This document shows, one piece after another, positions 61,887 to 64,000 of a stretch of DNA of 64,000 bases. The DNA is from an uncultured archaeon (GTDB lineage Archaea > Thermoproteota > Bathyarchaeia > Bathyarchaeales > Bathycorpusculaceae). The stretch spans positions 256,001 through 320,000 of the forward strand of contig CAWALK010000012.1 of the NCBI GenBank assembly GCA_963782915.1. The letters run 5' to 3'. The position numbers were made by a program, and so were the translations under genes. The notes below the pieces were generated by a model. The model was given only the letters and a program-made list of their open reading frames with translations, searched no databases and was not told the DNA's origin. Positions within the stretch are counted from its first letter, which is position 1, and the number at the start of each line of letters is the position of its first letter.

Positions 61887-61924
61887 CTATATATAAGGGA
61901 GGGGGGTCTGTGCAGAGCAACAAA
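61887..61924 (+). repeat. Repeat head module (short form)
   Basis: CTATATATAAGGGAGGGGGGTCTGTGCAGAGCAACA. Confidence 0.7.
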
Positions 61925-61936
61925 ATCGGTGGCATG

Positions 61937-62392
61937 TTAGTTTATGGGTTTTTTCCATCCGCCATTGCTAAACCGTGCAATGCAACCAAACGGAAGTGCC
62001 AGTACAACCACATCAATCACGGCTATAAACGTAAACGACAGCCCCAACGCCGTCTGTAACACGATATTCGCCGTAGAGAATGCCAAGAGCAGGAATATGC
62101 CGTTTAACCAGAACCCAACTTGCCAACCCTTCGTTCCAAACAGCAAGTTAATGATGAAAATGTTTAGCACCCCCACAATTATCGGTTGAATCAGGTAGGT
62201 TGTGAACATTAAAAAGAAGAAACCCAGCGGCGGCATATACGTCATGAAAGAATCTCTTGCACCCTCCAACGCCACCTGAATCGCAATCAGTATGACTGCT
62301 AAGGTTAAGCCTTGAAGCAGCAACTTCTCTATCAAGCGTAAACTCTGCAATCTGTTACACAGTTTATTTAGCATTGGCAGCAATCCATTCAC
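61937..62392 (-). CDS. 4-TM membrane protein
   Basis: Hydrophobic ORF overlapping the 3' end of the upstream glycoside hydrolase-like gene. Confidence 0.65.
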   Translation of the reverse strand: MNGLLPMLNKLCNRLQSLRLIEKLLLQGLTLAVILIAIQVALEGARDSFMTYMPPLGFFFLMFTTYLIQPIIVGVLNIFIINLLFGTKGWQVGFWLNGIFLLLAFSTANIVLQTALGLSFTFIAVIDVVVLALPFGCIARFSNGGWKKPIN

Positions 62393-63299
62393 CTACCGCA
62401 GTTTCTGTTGGAGTATCCCTTATACCGTAACTATCATAGGCACTGTTCCAGTAAACAAGCCAGCATCCCTTAAGACCCATATTCTTGTAGAGTTCCAGTC
62501 CTTTAATCATGAAGTCGCTTTGGGCTTGATGATTAGTTGTTGACATGCCAAACTCTGTAATCACCACGTCTCGGTCTGTTATTTTTTGGAGGTTAGTAAC
62601 GAAATGAGGGGACAGTACCACGAAGGCATCCATGAAAACGTCCAAGCCCACAAAATTCAGTTTCGGGGCTAACTCAATGGGTACATTGCTTCTTAGGATG
62701 TAGCCTATTCCAAAGTTAGTGTAGTATTCGACTGAGAGATGATGTGCCTCAATGGTGTTGTACATGAGGTTAAATTTGGAGGTTATTTCATCGTCGGTAA
62801 ACATGGAACCAAGAGACCAAGTCGAGGATAGTTCTGGTTCATTGAAGATTTGGATGTACTTGAGGTGTCCACCCCAGCGGTCAAGGTAGTAATCTACTTT
62901 CGAAGCTTCATCAAGGTTTTTGACAACCAATGCAACGGCTAAACCATAACTATCCGTCGCTGAAAAGAAAGCGTCATTCTTTCGGTTCTGGATGTTGTTG
63001 ATGTCGGTTGGGTTGCATTCAAGAGTAATCCTGATCACTTTAAAGCCCAAATCATGGATGCGACCGACCTGCCCATAAATCTGGTCTAACTCGTCCTGCT
63101 CATACACGTAGTGTATGCCGACTTGGAACTCAGAGTTCCCTTTCTGGGCTGAAGCAAAATATTGATAGGGGAAAAACACTTGGACAAAGAAGAACAATAT
63201 ACACATCGTAATAACGATTAAGTTTTTGATTAAGCTCCTGTTTGTGAAGCCTACAAAACCGTGAACGATACCCGAAACGATTTTGCTCATAGCCACCAT
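62364..63299 (-). CDS. Membrane-anchored clan GH-A-like glycoside hydrolase
   Basis: LGF..IRI, FNEPE (acid/base) and ITEFG (nucleophile) TIM-barrel motifs; N-terminal TM. Confidence 0.65.
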   Translation of the reverse strand: MVAMSKIVSGIVHGFVGFTNRSLIKNLIVITMCILFFFVQVFFPYQYFASAQKGNSEFQVGIHYVYEQDELDQIYGQVGRIHDLGFKVIRITLECNPTDINNIQNRKNDAFFSATDSYGLAVALVVKNLDEASKVDYYLDRWGGHLKYIQIFNEPELSSTWSLGSMFTDDEITSKFNLMYNTIEAHHLSVEYYTNFGIGYILRSNVPIELAPKLNFVGLDVFMDAFVVLSPHFVTNLQKITDRDVVITEFGMSTTNHQAQSDFMIKGLELYKNMGLKGCWLVYWNSAYDSYGIRDTPTETAVGEWIAANAK

Positions 63300-63383
63300 A
63301 ATGGAGGCAAGCGCTTTTATATTTAATCAAAAGAAAGGTGCTAAAACAAGAAAACGAAATTAAAAAATAAAGAAAAAATTTGT

Positions 63384-64000
63384 TTAGAAGAAGCCCTGAA
63401 TTGGGGAATCTTCTTTGGCAATTGCGCCCTTGATTTCTTCGATTTTGGTCTTTGTCAAATGTTTAATGTCGTTAAAGCTTGACATTTCACCATAGCTAAC
63501 CAAAGTAATAGCGGTGCCTTCTTCGCCTTTGCGTGCTGTTCTGCCGATGCGGTGGAAGTACACTGGTGGGTCGTTGGGTACGTCATAGTTGATGATGTGT
63601 GTGATGCCTTCGATGTCTAAGCCTCTTGCTGCAACGTCAGTTGCTACGAGTATGTTGCGTCTGCCATGTTTGAATTCCATGATTGAGCGGTCGCGTTGTG
63701 CTTGTGTGAAGCCTGCGTGGAGGACGTGTGTGTGGAAGCCGTGTTTGTAGAGTTGATCAGCTAAGCGGCTGGTTTCGTGGCGTGTTCTGCAGAATACAAT
63801 GACTTTTTCGACGCGGTCATCTTGTAGTAAGTCGCAGAGGGCGTTTAGTTTGCCGCCTTGATTTACTACGGCATAGTATTGTTTCATTTGGGTTAGGGCG
63901 ATTTCGTCTTTGCTTACGAGGATTTTCTGTGGGTTCTTCATGTACTTGTTGGATATGCGCATGACGCTTTCGTCCATGGTTGCGCTGAAGAGGGCGGTTT
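63384..64000 (-). CDS. DEAD/DEAH-box RNA helicase, C-terminal part (5' end outside window)
   Basis: FSAT, IVFC.T, ATDVAARGLDI and HRIGRT.R motifs. Confidence 0.93.
   Translation of the reverse strand, partial: TALFSATMDESVMRISNKYMKNPQKILVSKDEIALTQMKQYYAVVNQGGKLNALCDLLQDDRVEKVIVFCRTRHETSRLADQLYKHGFHTHVLHAGFTQAQRDRSIMEFKHGRRNILVATDVAARGLDIEGITHIINYDVPNDPPVYFHRIGRTARKGEEGTAITLVSYGEMSSFNDIKHLTKTKIEEIKGAIAKEDSPIQGFF

Overview
This 64-kb window is archaeal chromosomal DNA. The gene content points to Bathyarchaeia or a related TACK lineage (inference): rps8e, srp19, aCPSF1, psmB, the ipk-fni-GGPPS-gltX operon, SMC-ScpAB, SepF, a PQQ-type beta-propeller surface protein and an intron-containing tRNA-Ser(GGA). 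Most genes are housekeeping, transport or signalling genes. About 15 genes carry apparent single-base frameshifts, including essential ones, which is most likely uncorrected long-read error. The most interesting signals are non-coding. (1) A preQ1-I-like H-type pseudoknot fills the leader of a queT-queC operon and can occlude the RBS, making it a candidate archaeal preQ0/preQ1 riboswitch. (2) A dispersed, gap-free, modular intergenic repeat family occurs as at least 8 modules at 7 loci. (3) Two ~155-165-nt rod-shaped candidate ncRNAs each have their own TATA-like box and T-tract. (4) A second copy of the dinB 5' end brackets an AT-rich methyltransferase islet. All calls come from reading the sequence; no database searches were run.
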